The notes: generated by a model not told the origin, from the sequence alone. Counted from the first letter of the stretch, positions 20,050 through 30,190 are shown. The stretch is DNA of 64,000 nt from Christensenellales bacterium (GCA_040768905.1 JAXGMA010000001.1:1299806-1363805), one strand, 5' to 3'. Numbers and translations are program-made.

Positions 20050-20778
20050 TTACTTTCTTTTTTCGAGAAATGCGCGCATGGCGTCTTTTTGCTCCTGAGT
20101 CGAAAAGCACTCAGCAAACAGCACGCTTTCCAGGTCTTCATCTTCCCGGCCGCGCACAGCCTCTTTGGCAAGCATGACTGCCTGCGGCGAGAGTTTCGCG
20201 ATCTTGCCCGCAAGCGCCTTGGCTTCTTCCAAAGCATCGCCGTCACAGAGCCTGTCAGCAAGCCCTGCTTCCAGCGCGCGCGCGGCATTGACGTACTCGC
20301 CCGTCAATATCATCAGCATCGCACGCGACTGCCCGATCTTGCGTGCAAGGCGGCGTGTTCCGCCGAACCCCGGTATCACGCCGAGTTTGACTTCCGGCTG
20401 TGCGAAAACGGCGCTTTGCGCAGCGATGATGACGTCACAGCAAAGCGCGAGCTCGCAGCCGCCGCCCAGCGCATATCCGTTCACAGCAGCGATCACAGGG
20501 ATGCGCAGATCCTCGATTTTGGAAAACACGGCGCTGCCGGCCTTAGAAAACGCTTTGGCCTGCTCTGCATCCATATCCGCCATCTCAGAAATATCAGCGC
20601 CGCCTACAAATGCCTTTTGGCCTTCTCCTGTCACAACCAAACAGCGTATATTGCCTAAACCCTCAAGCGCCTCTTTAAGCTCATCAAGCGTCTGTTTGTT
20701 GAGCGCATTAAGCTGTTTGGCGCGCGTGATGGTGAGTATACCTACGCCGCCGTCTGCTTCATAACGAATATTATCCAT
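20050..20778 (-). CDS. enoyl-CoA hydratase (crotonase)
   Basis: 242 aa with FVGGADI and GYALGGGCELAL oxyanion-hole motifs. Confidence 0.9.
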   Translation of the reverse strand: MDNIRYEADGGVGILTITRAKQLNALNKQTLDELKEALEGLGNIRCLVVTGEGQKAFVGGADISEMADMDAEQAKAFSKAGSAVFSKIEDLRIPVIAAVNGYALGGGCELALCCDVIIAAQSAVFAQPEVKLGVIPGFGGTRRLARKIGQSRAMLMILTGEYVNAARALEAGLADRLCDGDALEEAKALAGKIAKLSPQAVMLAKEAVRGREDEDLESVLFAECFSTQEQKDAMRAFLEKRK

Positions 20779-20779
20779 C

Positions 20780-21739
20780 TTATTTCCCCAGCAGCTTCAA
20801 TGCCGCCGCCGTGATATCCTCTCCGCGCAATCCGAACCTTTCCTTTAAGTAGTCCACAGGCCCGACTTCACCGAACTCCTCCTTGATGCCGACACGCCCA
20901 AGTTTTGCAGGCGCACGTTCAGCGATCACTTCGGCGACCGCACTGCCAAGACCGCTTAGGTAATTATGGTTCTCACATGTCAGTATGATACCTGTCCGTT
21001 TGGCCTCTTGTTCCACAGTTTCTGCGTCAAAAGGCTTGAGGGTGAACATATCGATGACGCTTGCGGATATCCCTTTTTGTTTGAGCATATCGTGTGCGCG
21101 CAGCGCTTCGTAGACGCATATGCCGTTCGCGATGAGCGAAATGTCATTCCCGTCCCGGAGTTTGACGGCCTTGCCGATCTTAAACTTTGAGCCATCCTCA
21201 TACACCTTGATGGCATTTTTGCGCAGCAGCCGAAAATAGAATATCCCGGGCAGATCCTTTGACTGCCTGACCACATCCGCCAGCATCACCGAATCCGTAG
21301 GTTCGATCACAGTTGCACCCGGCAACATACGCATAATGCCCAGGTCTTCAAAGCTCATGTGCGTGCCGCCGTTGAGTGCTGCCGTCACGCCCGGGTCGCT
21401 TCCGATGATTTTGACGTTTGTCTTGGCATAGGCGCACGAAAGCCATATCTGGTCAAGTGCCCTGCGCGTCGAGAACGGCGCGAACGTATGCATAAAGGGT
21501 ATGAATCCCTCAACGGCAAGGCCTGCCGCAACGCCCGCCATATTGGCTTCCTGCACGCCGCAGTTGACCGTCCTCTCAGGAAATTTTACCGCAAAAGGTT
21601 TTGTACCCATGGCCGCCATCAGATCAGCGTCCATAAGGACGACCTTATCGTCCTTTTCGGCCAGCTCTATCATCGTGCTGCAGAACACTTTTCTCATTTC
21701 AAGTTCTTCTAATTTGTTTTCCTTTACAGGTATAATCAT
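20780..21739 (-). CDS. transketolase, C-terminal (pyrimidine-binding) subunit
   Basis: 319 aa with FPERTVNCGVQEANMAGVAAGLA and a GGTHMSFEDLGIMR-like motif. The start is ambiguous (21739 or 21697). Confidence 0.85.
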   Translation of the reverse strand: MIIPVKENKLEELEMRKVFCSTMIELAEKDDKVVLMDADLMAAMGTKPFAVKFPERTVNCGVQEANMAGVAAGLAVEGFIPFMHTFAPFSTRRALDQIWLSCAYAKTNVKIIGSDPGVTAALNGGTHMSFEDLGIMRMLPGATVIEPTDSVMLADVVRQSKDLPGIFYFRLLRKNAIKVYEDGSKFKIGKAVKLRDGNDISLIANGICVYEALRAHDMLKQKGISASVIDMFTLKPFDAETVEQEAKRTGIILTCENHNYLSGLGSAVAEVIAERAPAKLGRVGIKEEFGEVGPVDYLKERFGLRGEDITAAALKLLGK

Positions 21740-21753
21740 ATTCTATTTACACC

Positions 21754-22602
21754 TCATTCCTTCCAGGCTTTTTTGCTTGCTTCAAGTTCTTGCACCGCTT
21801 TTTCCATGTCTTCCTTGGACACGGGCGCATTGTGGTTGCTCGGGCTTCCTGCCCAGAAACTTACGCCATAGCCTTTGATGGTATTCATCACGATCATGGA
21901 CGGTTTGTCATTCTGCGCCTGCGCATTCTTGATTGCGGTGTAAATCTGGCCGATATCGTTGCCGTCTATCAGCTGTGTGTACCACCCGAACTCGGAAAAC
22001 TTTTTGTCAAGTTCGCCAAGATCACAGATCTCCTCTGTGGTTCCGTCGAGGCATTGCCTGTTGTAATCCGCGAAAACGATCAGATTGGACAGGTTCCTAT
22101 GGCCCGCAAACAGCGCCGCTTCCCAGACCTGGCCTTCCTGGCTCTCTCCGTCTCCTATGACCGCGTACACATAGTTTTTCAGGCCTTTCATCCGGCATGC
22201 CAGCGCAATGCCGCACGCAGCCGATATTCCCTGCCCGAGTGAGCCCGTCGTCATGTCGATGCCCGGTGTTCTGTTCCTGTCGCAGTGGCTTGGCAGGCTT
22301 GTACCCGGCCGGTTGAGCGTATCGAGGACTGCCATCGGGAAGTAGCCTTTCATGGCAAGCGCCGCATAAAGCGCCGGCCCAGCATGGCCTTTTGACAGCA
22401 CAAATCTGTCACGTTCTTCCCAACTGGGGTCATCTGGCCTTATGTTCATGACCTCCCAGTACAGCACCGCCAGCAGATCTGGTATCGACAGTGCCCCGCC
22501 GATATGCCCAACGCCGAGGCTGCCAATTTCTTTGACCGTCTCAATGCGTATGTCTGCGGCTTTTGTTTTTAATTCCATCTGCCTTGTTTTTGCTAATATC
22601 AT
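21754..22602 (-). CDS. transketolase, N-terminal (TPP-binding) subunit
   Basis: 282 aa with GHIGGALS, SKGHAGPALY and the GDGESQEG TPP-binding motif. ATGA overlap with the upstream gene, AGGAGG RBS. Confidence 0.9.
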   Translation of the reverse strand: MILAKTRQMELKTKAADIRIETVKEIGSLGVGHIGGALSIPDLLAVLYWEVMNIRPDDPSWEERDRFVLSKGHAGPALYAALAMKGYFPMAVLDTLNRPGTSLPSHCDRNRTPGIDMTTGSLGQGISAACGIALACRMKGLKNYVYAVIGDGESQEGQVWEAALFAGHRNLSNLIVFADYNRQCLDGTTEEICDLGELDKKFSEFGWYTQLIDGNDIGQIYTAIKNAQAQNDKPSMIVMNTIKGYGVSFWAGSPSNHNAPVSKEDMEKAVQELEASKKAWKE

Positions 22603-23903
22603 TCAAAAAGCCTCCTAAATCTTTTTTCGTAACATTCCTTAAGCGCCGGCCGAAAATCAGGGTGTGCGATTTCTATCAGCGCCTTTGCACGCTCCCTAAG
22701 CGTTCTTCCCTTCAGCTTTGCCACACCGTATTCCGTGACGATATAATTGACATCATTGCGGTTTGTTGTCACGGCTGCCCCTTCATCCAGCTGGGCGACG
22801 ATCTTTGAGATCCTGCCACCTGCTGCCGTCGACGGCATCGCGATGATGCTCTTGCCGCCTTTAGACATATTGGCGCCGCGCACAAAATCTACCTGGCCTC
22901 CCACAGCGCTGATCTGCTTTAATCCCACGCTCTCCGAGCACACCTGGCCGTATAAGTCGACCTGCACGCATGAGTTGATGGAGATCATGTTGTCGTTTTT
23001 CCGGATCACATACGGATCGTTGGTGTACTCAACGGGCGCCATGTAGACCATGGGGTTGTCATGAACAAAATCGTAGAGCCTAGGAGTCCCCATCAGGAAC
23101 GACACAACGATCTTGCCCTGATGCAGCGTTTTCCTGCTGCAGTTGATCACGCCTGAATCCACAAGCTCCACCACACCGTCGGAGATCATCTCCGAGTGTA
23201 TGCCAAGGTCTTTTTTGTCTTTGAGCGCATGCAGCACCGCATCGGGAAGTGACCCGATCCCAAGCTGCAGCGTATCGCCGTCAGCGATCAGCGCCGCGCA
23301 GTTATCGCCGATTTTTTGTTCAACCTCCGTGATGGACGGCGGCTTGAGCTCGATAAGCGGCGCGTTATGCTCCACAAACGCATGTATCTCGCTGACATGC
23401 AGGAAGCTGTCGCCCAAAGTGCGCGGCATGCTGCTGTTGACCTGCGCGATCACCGTTTTTGCGTGTTTTGCGGCTGTCATCGTATAGTCCACAGAAACGC
23501 CGAGGCTGCAATAGCCAGAATGATCGGGCGGGCTTACCTGTATCAAAGCCACATCGACCGGCAGCGAACCATTGGTGAACAGCGAGGGTATCTCCGAAAA
23601 ATAACACGGTGTATAGTCTGCCCTGCCTTCGAAACAGGCTTCGCGCGCCGGCCCGCCTACAAACAGTGAATTGTGGCGGAAGTACGGCTCCATGCCGCTC
23701 GCGCAGTAATCTCCTTTACCCATGAATACCATGTGCACGATCTCGACATCCCGGTAAGCCTCGCGGTTTTTTACCATTGCGTCGATCAAAAAGCTCGGTT
23801 CGCCCACCGCATGGCCGATAACCACACGGTTTCCGCTTTTGATCAGCGACACAGCATCCTGTGCATTCATTTTTCTTTTATCGTACCAGTTCTTCCATTC
23901 CAT
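22599..23903 (-). CDS. acetyl-CoA hydrolase/transferase family, 4-hydroxybutyrate CoA-transferase-like
   Basis: 434 aa with SGNRVVIGHAVGEP at the N-terminus and GGQVDF in the C-terminal half. Adjacent to abfD, as in known 4-hydroxybutyrate clusters. Confidence 0.8.
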   Translation of the reverse strand: MEWKNWYDKRKMNAQDAVSLIKSGNRVVIGHAVGEPSFLIDAMVKNREAYRDVEIVHMVFMGKGDYCASGMEPYFRHNSLFVGGPAREACFEGRADYTPCYFSEIPSLFTNGSLPVDVALIQVSPPDHSGYCSLGVSVDYTMTAAKHAKTVIAQVNSSMPRTLGDSFLHVSEIHAFVEHNAPLIELKPPSITEVEQKIGDNCAALIADGDTLQLGIGSLPDAVLHALKDKKDLGIHSEMISDGVVELVDSGVINCSRKTLHQGKIVVSFLMGTPRLYDFVHDNPMVYMAPVEYTNDPYVIRKNDNMISINSCVQVDLYGQVCSESVGLKQISAVGGQVDFVRGANMSKGGKSIIAMPSTAAGGRISKIVAQLDEGAAVTTNRNDVNYIVTEYGVAKLKGRTLRERAKALIEIAHPDFRPALKECYEKRFRRLFE

Positions 23904-23908
23904 ATCGT

Positions 23909-25354
23909 TTATTCCTTTATATGCGCGATGTCTTTGGCGAGTTTCTTTTTGGCTTCGATATTGCCCTGACGCGCAATCATGATCCTCTGGGCCTGCGGCG
24001 AGCCCGCGCCGTGCAGCGATTCCGTACGGTAACCGACCGCGGCTGTGCCAAGCGTAATGTTCTCAATCAGCCGAAGTATGCGCATGCGGTTTTCGGTCGG
24101 CACGCTGTCAACACCACGCAGATATTTATCTATGTATGGCTTTAATTCCGGGTTGCGGAAATCCTTCTCGGACGGCATCGTCACCATCAGCCCGCCTGCG
24201 ATATCTTCGGCCAGCCGCGACATCTCATACGGGAATCTTGTGACGTTCTGTTTGCACACGTTGGCCAGCAGCAGATCAATCTCATAGTTGCCGGCGCATG
24301 TTTTGCACCCTTCACAGCTGCTTGCTATCGAGCAGGCATACATCGTTTCATTCAAATGGGTCATCTCTATGAGTTTGTCTTTGATATGGCTTGCCTTGGG
24401 GACGCCGTTGTAATCGGCGGCCAGCGCGGCTGCACCGATCAGCACATCGCCGACGCCTGTTTTGCATGCGTAGCTCGTGCGGTGGTATCCCGCAAACCTT
24501 TCCACGAGCGTGCCCACAAACTCTGTTTCGCCGTCCATGAATATACGCTCATTGGGTACAAACACATCTTCGAATATGACGAGCGTTTCATGGCCGCCAA
24601 AGCTTCTGTTGCCAAGATCGATGTCCGGATTTTCCTCGAGTTTTCTCAAGTCACAGCTTTGCCTGCCATAGATCATGAAAATCCCTTTTGTATCGCTGGG
24701 AACCGCAAAAGTGACAGCATAGTCTTTGTCTTCAGGGCGCATGGATATGGTCGGCATCACGAGCACTTCATGAGAGTTGATCATGCCGGTCTGATGGGCT
24801 TTGGCACCGCGCACCACGATACCGTCTTCTCTGCGTTCCACAACTCTTAAATACATGTCGGGATCAGCTTGTCCAGAAGGTGAAAGCCCTCTGTTGCCCT
24901 TTGGATCCGTCATGGCGCCATCTACAACGAGGTCGTTTTTCTGGATGTATTTCCAGTATTCGATAAAACGTTCGTGATAGTTTGTGCCTTTGGCGTCATC
25001 GATTTCTTTTGTTGATGTGTACACCGCATTACCTGCGTCCATACCCACACAACGTTGAAAGCATGCCGATGTTTTCTGTCCCAGCAGCCTGCACATCTTC
25101 ACCTTTTTCACCAGGTCTTCTGTGCTTTGGTGAAGGTGCGTAAACCTGTTGATCTTCTCGCCCGTCAGATTGGATACGGTCGTCATGATGTCGGCATATT
25201 CTTCCTGCTGTGCAAGCGCATATGTCATCGTCACCGAATTGAGCGAAGGCTTGATCATCGGGTGTTCCGTAGGCTCTTTCACCTGTTCGCCCAGAAGATA
25301 CACTTTTAAGTCAAGTTTCTTTAAGCTCTCTACGTACTCTTTTGCAGTTTTCAT
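23909..25354 (-). CDS. abfD: 4-hydroxybutyryl-CoA dehydratase / vinylacetyl-CoA delta-isomerase
   Basis: 481 aa. The CFQRCVGMD cluster-ligand motif and overall HpaB-like length match AbfD. Confidence 0.85.
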   Translation of the reverse strand: MKTAKEYVESLKKLDLKVYLLGEQVKEPTEHPMIKPSLNSVTMTYALAQQEEYADIMTTVSNLTGEKINRFTHLHQSTEDLVKKVKMCRLLGQKTSACFQRCVGMDAGNAVYTSTKEIDDAKGTNYHERFIEYWKYIQKNDLVVDGAMTDPKGNRGLSPSGQADPDMYLRVVERREDGIVVRGAKAHQTGMINSHEVLVMPTISMRPEDKDYAVTFAVPSDTKGIFMIYGRQSCDLRKLEENPDIDLGNRSFGGHETLVIFEDVFVPNERIFMDGETEFVGTLVERFAGYHRTSYACKTGVGDVLIGAAALAADYNGVPKASHIKDKLIEMTHLNETMYACSIASSCEGCKTCAGNYEIDLLLANVCKQNVTRFPYEMSRLAEDIAGGLMVTMPSEKDFRNPELKPYIDKYLRGVDSVPTENRMRILRLIENITLGTAAVGYRTESLHGAGSPQAQRIMIARQGNIEAKKKLAKDIAHIKE

Positions 25355-25373
25355 TAAAATTTCACTCCCTTAA

Positions 25374-26495
25374 TTAATATCTGTTCCCATATATCTTGCG
25401 CGCGTGCTGAATCGTGAAAGGAATGTGGCTGTTCACAAGCAGCCTCTGCTGATTGTCTATCACGCTTTGCGAGAAGAGTTCGATTTCTTCCTGTTTCATG
25501 CCGTATTCGCGCAGCCTTTTGATGGGCTGCAGCTTTAATAGCATATCGAACAAGCCGTCAAACGGTGTGTCATACTCAATACCAAGCCTCTTTAAGCTTT
25601 TTTCCACCGTACTGGCCAGAGCTGTCAGTTTCTCAGTCGGCCTCTCGGTGAAATAAAGGTTGAAGACTTCAGAAAAGAACTGACAGTTCGCTTCGCCGTG
25701 AGGCACATGGTAGTTGCCTCCGAGCGGATACGCAAGCGCGTGCACCGAGCCGACGCCCGCGTTGCCAAAAGCGATGCCTGCCATACAGCTGGCTGTAAGA
25801 AAAGCGCCGGCAAGATCTTTTTTGGCCGACTCCCCCTGCTCAATCATTTGCGCAAATCCATTGAGTATCATCTCGCAGGCCGCAAGGCTGAAAGTCTCTG
25901 TAAATGCATTGGCTTTGGGAGAAATGTAGGATTCTGAAGCGTGTACCAGCGCGTCTATCGCACTGAACACGAAGAACTTCTGAGGAAGCCCTTCCACAAG
26001 CGCTGGGATCATTACCGCGTGGTCTGCAAACAACGCATCGTCCCCGAGCCCCATCTTTGTGCCCTTGGACACGATGTGCACGATGCTCAGGTTGGTCATC
26101 TCGCTGCCCGTGCCGCACGTTGTCGGCACGATGATCAGTTCCTTCTCTTTGACCGACGCTGTTTCTTTCGCAAACAGGCTGCGGGTCGGCGCACTTTTCA
26201 GCACAAGTATCTTGGCAATATCGATGACGCTGCCGCCGCCGACCGCCACAATGCGCCTGCACCCGAAATCTTTTGCCTTTTCGGCGATACCGTCTATCAT
26301 TTCATCGTCCGGCTCGCCCATGCCGAATTCGTCTCGCAGCAGCACCTTACACTCAAGGCCAAGTTTGCTTATGAATGTGTCATGCAAAAACGCCTCGGTA
26401 AAAATAAGGTCGTCACCACCAAGGCCGAATTCCTCTGCAAACGCACCGAACTTGTCAAACGCATGTATCTGCGGTTTGACGATCAATTGTCTCAT
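25374..26495 (-). CDS. iron-containing alcohol dehydrogenase (4-hydroxybutyrate dehydrogenase-like)
   Basis: About 373 aa with GGGSVIDIAK and metal-binding histidines (HASESY, GSVHALAYPLGGNYHVPHG). The ATG at 26495 has a GGAGGG RBS. Confidence 0.8.
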   Translation of the reverse strand: MRQLIVKPQIHAFDKFGAFAEEFGLGGDDLIFTEAFLHDTFISKLGLECKVLLRDEFGMGEPDDEMIDGIAEKAKDFGCRRIVAVGGGSVIDIAKILVLKSAPTRSLFAKETASVKEKELIIVPTTCGTGSEMTNLSIVHIVSKGTKMGLGDDALFADHAVMIPALVEGLPQKFFVFSAIDALVHASESYISPKANAFTETFSLAACEMILNGFAQMIEQGESAKKDLAGAFLTASCMAGIAFGNAGVGSVHALAYPLGGNYHVPHGEANCQFFSEVFNLYFTERPTEKLTALASTVEKSLKRLGIEYDTPFDGLFDMLLKLQPIKRLREYGMKQEEIELFSQSVIDNQQRLLVNSHIPFTIQHARKIYGNRY

Positions 26496-26566
26496 TTTTC
26501 TACCCTCCATATGGTTTAGCCGCTTGGCACTGATACTGTCAAACGTGCTTTTATTTTAGATAGCGA

Positions 26567-26929
26567 TCACTCATCATGCAATACGATGGCTATGAGTTTA
26601 AGCGGTTCTTCGCTGATGCACTTGATGTAATGGGAGCCGCCGCCTCCGGTAAGCATGACGTCCCCCTCGCGCAGGGTTTGTTTTTCCCCGCCGTCGTCGG
26701 AAGTCTCGCCTTCTCCGCTGACCACACAGTAGAACTCTGTATTCCCGTCATGCACATGCGGGCCGATCGAGCAGCCTGTCTCAAGCGTCAACAGCGTTGC
26801 CAGCTTGCACTTTGAAGGCAGATCGCCCTCTTCGCAGAAGTCAGTAAAATGTGCTTTGCCATATCCATCGCATAAGTTTTCTTTTACTCTTTCCGGCCTG
26901 TCCTTATTTTTTATGATCACGTTTATCAC
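26567..26929 (-). CDS. cupin-domain protein
   Basis: 120 aa with cupin motifs GCSIGPHVHDGNTEFYCVVSGEG and GDVMLTGGGGSH. GTG start. Confidence 0.6.
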   Translation of the reverse strand: MINVIIKNKDRPERVKENLCDGYGKAHFTDFCEEGDLPSKCKLATLLTLETGCSIGPHVHDGNTEFYCVVSGEGETSDDGGEKQTLREGDVMLTGGGGSHYIKCISEEPLKLIAIVLHDE

Positions 26930-26953
26930 CTTAACCTTTTTATCAAATAAGAT

Positions 26954-28798
26954 CTACGCGATCCCGAGCATATCAATCAGCTCTTTTTTGGGGATGCCGT
27001 ATTCATCCCAGCCGCGCACTTCATAGTACTCATCGATCATGCCGTCTATATCCGCAATGTTCTCTGCCGCTCCGCCGGTGCCTCTTCTTTTGCGCATCTT
27101 GGGCGGCAGTATATCGTCTTTTCTCGACTGGCCGTCACGCACCTGGTACATCCTCTTTAAGTTGAAGATCCTCTCGCCGCATGCAAGCAGCTCCTCATGT
27201 GTCATATCCCAGCCCGTCACCATATTGATCCACTTGACAAAGGTGCTGAAGGTTTCCCCTTCCATACCGAAGATGATGAACTTACAGCATGTCAGCGAAT
27301 CGCACAGCGCCTGGAAATCCTGCGACACTTTGATGTATTCAGGCTTTCCCTCGGTCGAGAACCTGTCCATGTCCATGCTCTTGTAAAAACCGAACCCGGG
27401 GTAATTCCCTCCCACTTCAAAATCGTGTGTAAACGAGTTTAAGTGGCATGCACCGCGTGTGCTTGTGGCGTACTGAAGCCCGGTGCTGTCGGCTGCGCGC
27501 GGGTCATGCGCGGGAAACTCAAGGCCTCTGACGTGCACCGCGAACTCGGGTGCCAATCCGCCGATTTGCTCTGCTGCTCTTTTTGTCCCCTCGGCAAGGA
27601 TATCGCCGATGCCTTCACGGAAGGCCACCATTTTGATGATGCCGATGAGCGCATCAGCATCGCCCCATTTGGCTTCTATACCGCCCAGCATCTCTTTGGT
27701 GATCACGTTGTTCTCATACGCTTCCATGACAAACGAGACCACGCTGCCTGCGGAGATCGTATCAAGGCCGTAGCGGTTGCACAGCTCGTTGCCGTAGGAT
27801 ATCGCCGCAAGATCGTTGATCATGCAGTTGGCGCCCAACATGCCAAGCGTTTCATATTCGGGCCCGCCGCCTTTGACGCATTTGTACTTGCCTTCTTTGA
27901 TCTCTATCGTCCTGCCGCAGCCGATGGCGCATTGAGCGCAGTTATATGGCTTCACAAGTATTGTTTTGGCAAGCGTTTGTCCGGTGATGGGCTCTACGTC
28001 AAAATTGCCGGCCGTCCAGTTTTTGACGGGCAGGTCTCCCGACGATTCGACCGTTTCCATGCCGCAGGCCGTTCCGTAATTCCTCAGGTAGCTTTTTGTG
28101 TTGTCGTTTATTTTGGGCGCCCATTCTTTGACGCTTTGCTTTAACGCATCCGGCTCGGCAACCTCCGGCGCCATGTTTCCGTTAAGGCTGATGGCTTTAA
28201 GGTTCTTAGAGCCCATCACTGCACCAAGGCCGCAGCGCGCCGTCGTTCTTCCCTCATAACCGTCGTTCATGATGGCTGCGATGCGCACCAGTTTCTCGCC
28301 GGCCGGGCCGATGCTGGCCGTCACCGTCTTTTTGCCGTGCGCTTCTTTCAATATGTCATCGACTTCATAGGTGTCTTTTCCCCAAAGATGCGATGCGTCG
28401 AGAATTTCCGCTTTTCCTTCTTCAATGTTGATATACACCGGTTTTTCTGCTTTGCCTTTGACCACGATGCCGTCATAGCCTGCACGCTTCAATTTGTATC
28501 CCCATGAGCCGCCGGAATTGCCTTCTCCGAAAGAACCCGTGAGCGGGGAACGCGTGATCGCCTGATGCCTTCCGAAATTCGGGACATTTGTGCCGACTAG
28601 AGGACCTGTCATAAAGATAAGCAGGTTATCAGGGCCAAGAGGGTCTGTGTTGCTGTCCGTTTCGTCATATAATATCTTCGCGCCAAGGCCGCTTCCGCCA
28701 AGGTATTTCCTGAGTATCTCCTCAGGGATCACCTCGTCTTTCATGCTGCCGCTCGAAAGGTCCACCCTTAAGATTTTTCCCGTATAGCCATATGGCAT
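26954..28798 (-). CDS. aor: aldehyde:ferredoxin oxidoreductase (tungstopterin AOR family), copy 1
   Basis: About 614 aa. N-terminal YGYTGKILRVDLS, the AOR_N domain, and CAQCAIGC [4Fe-4S]/pterin-region cysteines. AGGAGG lies 8 nt before the ATG at 28798. Confidence 0.9.
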   Translation of the reverse strand: MPYGYTGKILRVDLSSGSMKDEVIPEEILRKYLGGSGLGAKILYDETDSNTDPLGPDNLLIFMTGPLVGTNVPNFGRHQAITRSPLTGSFGEGNSGGSWGYKLKRAGYDGIVVKGKAEKPVYINIEEGKAEILDASHLWGKDTYEVDDILKEAHGKKTVTASIGPAGEKLVRIAAIMNDGYEGRTTARCGLGAVMGSKNLKAISLNGNMAPEVAEPDALKQSVKEWAPKINDNTKSYLRNYGTACGMETVESSGDLPVKNWTAGNFDVEPITGQTLAKTILVKPYNCAQCAIGCGRTIEIKEGKYKCVKGGGPEYETLGMLGANCMINDLAAISYGNELCNRYGLDTISAGSVVSFVMEAYENNVITKEMLGGIEAKWGDADALIGIIKMVAFREGIGDILAEGTKRAAEQIGGLAPEFAVHVRGLEFPAHDPRAADSTGLQYATSTRGACHLNSFTHDFEVGGNYPGFGFYKSMDMDRFSTEGKPEYIKVSQDFQALCDSLTCCKFIIFGMEGETFSTFVKWINMVTGWDMTHEELLACGERIFNLKRMYQVRDGQSRKDDILPPKMRKRRGTGGAAENIADIDGMIDEYYEVRGWDEYGIPKKELIDMLGIA

Positions 28799-28821
28799 TT
28801 TTTTGTCCTCCTTCTTCTTTT

Positions 28822-29100
28822 TCATCCTCCGGCAATGGGAGGCAGTATTTTTAAAACCGTATCGTTTTTTATCATGGAGTCGGGCTTTACGATCGCGTTA
28901 TCCACAACGAAGATCGCGTTTAAGATAGATCCGCGTATCAGTTGAGCGCCCCTGAGCTTTTCTTCAAGCCCCTCTTCGCTCTCAAGCAGCAAGCCGGCCG
29001 CTTCTGCAACTGTAACCGCGTCCTTATCGCAATGTAATTCGACCTCTCTTTTTCCGACGATATCGCTGAGCATCGCGCCTAATATAACCTTGATCTGCAT
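28822..29100 (-). CDS. MoaD/ThiS-family beta-grasp protein with C-terminal Gly-Gly
   Basis: 92 aa ending ...ILPPIAGG. Size and the diglycine terminus are typical of sulfur-carrier proteins. Lies immediately upstream of AOR copy 1. Confidence 0.7.
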   Translation of the reverse strand: MQIKVILGAMLSDIVGKREVELHCDKDAVTVAEAAGLLLESEEGLEEKLRGAQLIRGSILNAIFVVDNAIVKPDSMIKNDTVLKILPPIAGG

Positions 29101-29111
29101 GTACCTTTTTC

Positions 29112-30134
29112 CTATATCTCAATAACGACTTTGTAATGGCTGCCGTCTTTATAGCTGAAAGCCATGGCTTCTTTCACCTCATCCAACGGGAAAACATTTG
29201 TCACAAGGCTAAGCAGCTCACTGTTGATGGTGCCTTTTTCCATTGCTTCGATCGCAGCGTAAAAATTCACCTGCGAATGAATCCTGACACCGCGGATATT
29301 GATTTCTTTTAATACAATTTCTATCACGTTCATCAGCACCGGTTTCGACGGAAGCCCCACAAAAACGATGCTGCCGCCGATTTTGCATGCTTTGGATGAT
29401 GCCAGTATGGACGGTTCTAAGCCTGTCACTTCAAAAACAACATCGAACCCTTTATTTTTAGTGATCTTTAGCGCTTTATCCATATAATCCGGTTCAAAGG
29501 GATTCACCGCTTTGAACCCAAGTTTATTGATAGTACTGAGCCTGTATTCATTGACCTCGCTGATGACCACATCGGCCGCGCCGGCCATTCTTGCAACCAA
29601 TGCAATAAGGACGCCAATGGGGCCGCCGCCGATCACCAGCGCCCTGTCCCCAACTTTTAAGCCGCTGTTGCGTACGTCATGCATAGCGACTGCCAAAGGT
29701 TCGGTCATCGCGGCAAGTTTCAAATCTATACTTTTGGGTATTTTATAGACTTTATTCAGCGGCACTTTTACATACTCGGCAAAACTTCCAAATTCATGAA
29801 CGCCGAGCAGCTTTAACTGTGCACAGATATTGTCTCTTCCGGATAAACACGCTTCGCAGCTGCCGCAGCTGTGATAAGGCTGGATCACGACGTTGTCTCC
29901 GGGTTTCAGATCCGTGTCTTTATCTGTTTTGACATCTTCAATGATCCCGGAAATCTCGTGTCCCAGAATCAAAGGCAACACAGCAGTCGGATGATGGCCG
30001 TTGAAAACATGAAGATCCGTTCCGCATATTCCGGCGTATTTAACTTTTACCAGTGCTTCGCCGTGAGTTATTTTTGGTATTTCGATGTCTTTCAGGCTCA
30101 TTTCGCCCCATTTTTCAATATATGCTGCTTTCAT
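29112..30134 (-). CDS. zinc-dependent alcohol/polyol dehydrogenase (MDR family)
   Basis: 340 aa with GICGTDLH, GHEISG, structural-zinc cysteines (CGSCEACLSGRDNIC) and GGGPIG. Confidence 0.85.
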   Translation of the reverse strand: MKAAYIEKWGEMSLKDIEIPKITHGEALVKVKYAGICGTDLHVFNGHHPTAVLPLILGHEISGIIEDVKTDKDTDLKPGDNVVIQPYHSCGSCEACLSGRDNICAQLKLLGVHEFGSFAEYVKVPLNKVYKIPKSIDLKLAAMTEPLAVAMHDVRNSGLKVGDRALVIGGGPIGVLIALVARMAGAADVVISEVNEYRLSTINKLGFKAVNPFEPDYMDKALKITKNKGFDVVFEVTGLEPSILASSKACKIGGSIVFVGLPSKPVLMNVIEIVLKEINIRGVRIHSQVNFYAAIEAMEKGTINSELLSLVTNVFPLDEVKEAMAFSYKDGSHYKVVIEI

Positions 30135-30190
30135 CGTATCGTGACCTCCAAGTGTTTATTTGACTGCAATCGAACAGCTGTTCACATCTT

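Noticed and set aside
18704-20110. N-terminally extended ORF-track starts. Examples are 20110 for HADH, 11481 for aroE/K, 28825 for AOR1, 39220 for the lipoprotein, 46789 for the desulfurase, 47720 for the shell, 49775 for eda, 58235 for gcvT and 61136 for gcvPB.
   Set aside because: In each case an internal ATG has a much better Shine-Dalgarno sequence and matches the usual N-terminus of the family. The upstream extensions overlap neighbouring genes or consist of low-complexity sequence.
26930-30190. A Moco/Wco riboswitch in front of either AOR gene (also checked around 53511-53555).
   Set aside because: The AOR genes are preceded by coding sequence or by gaps of 23-56 nt, which are too short for the ~130-nt Moco RNA motif.
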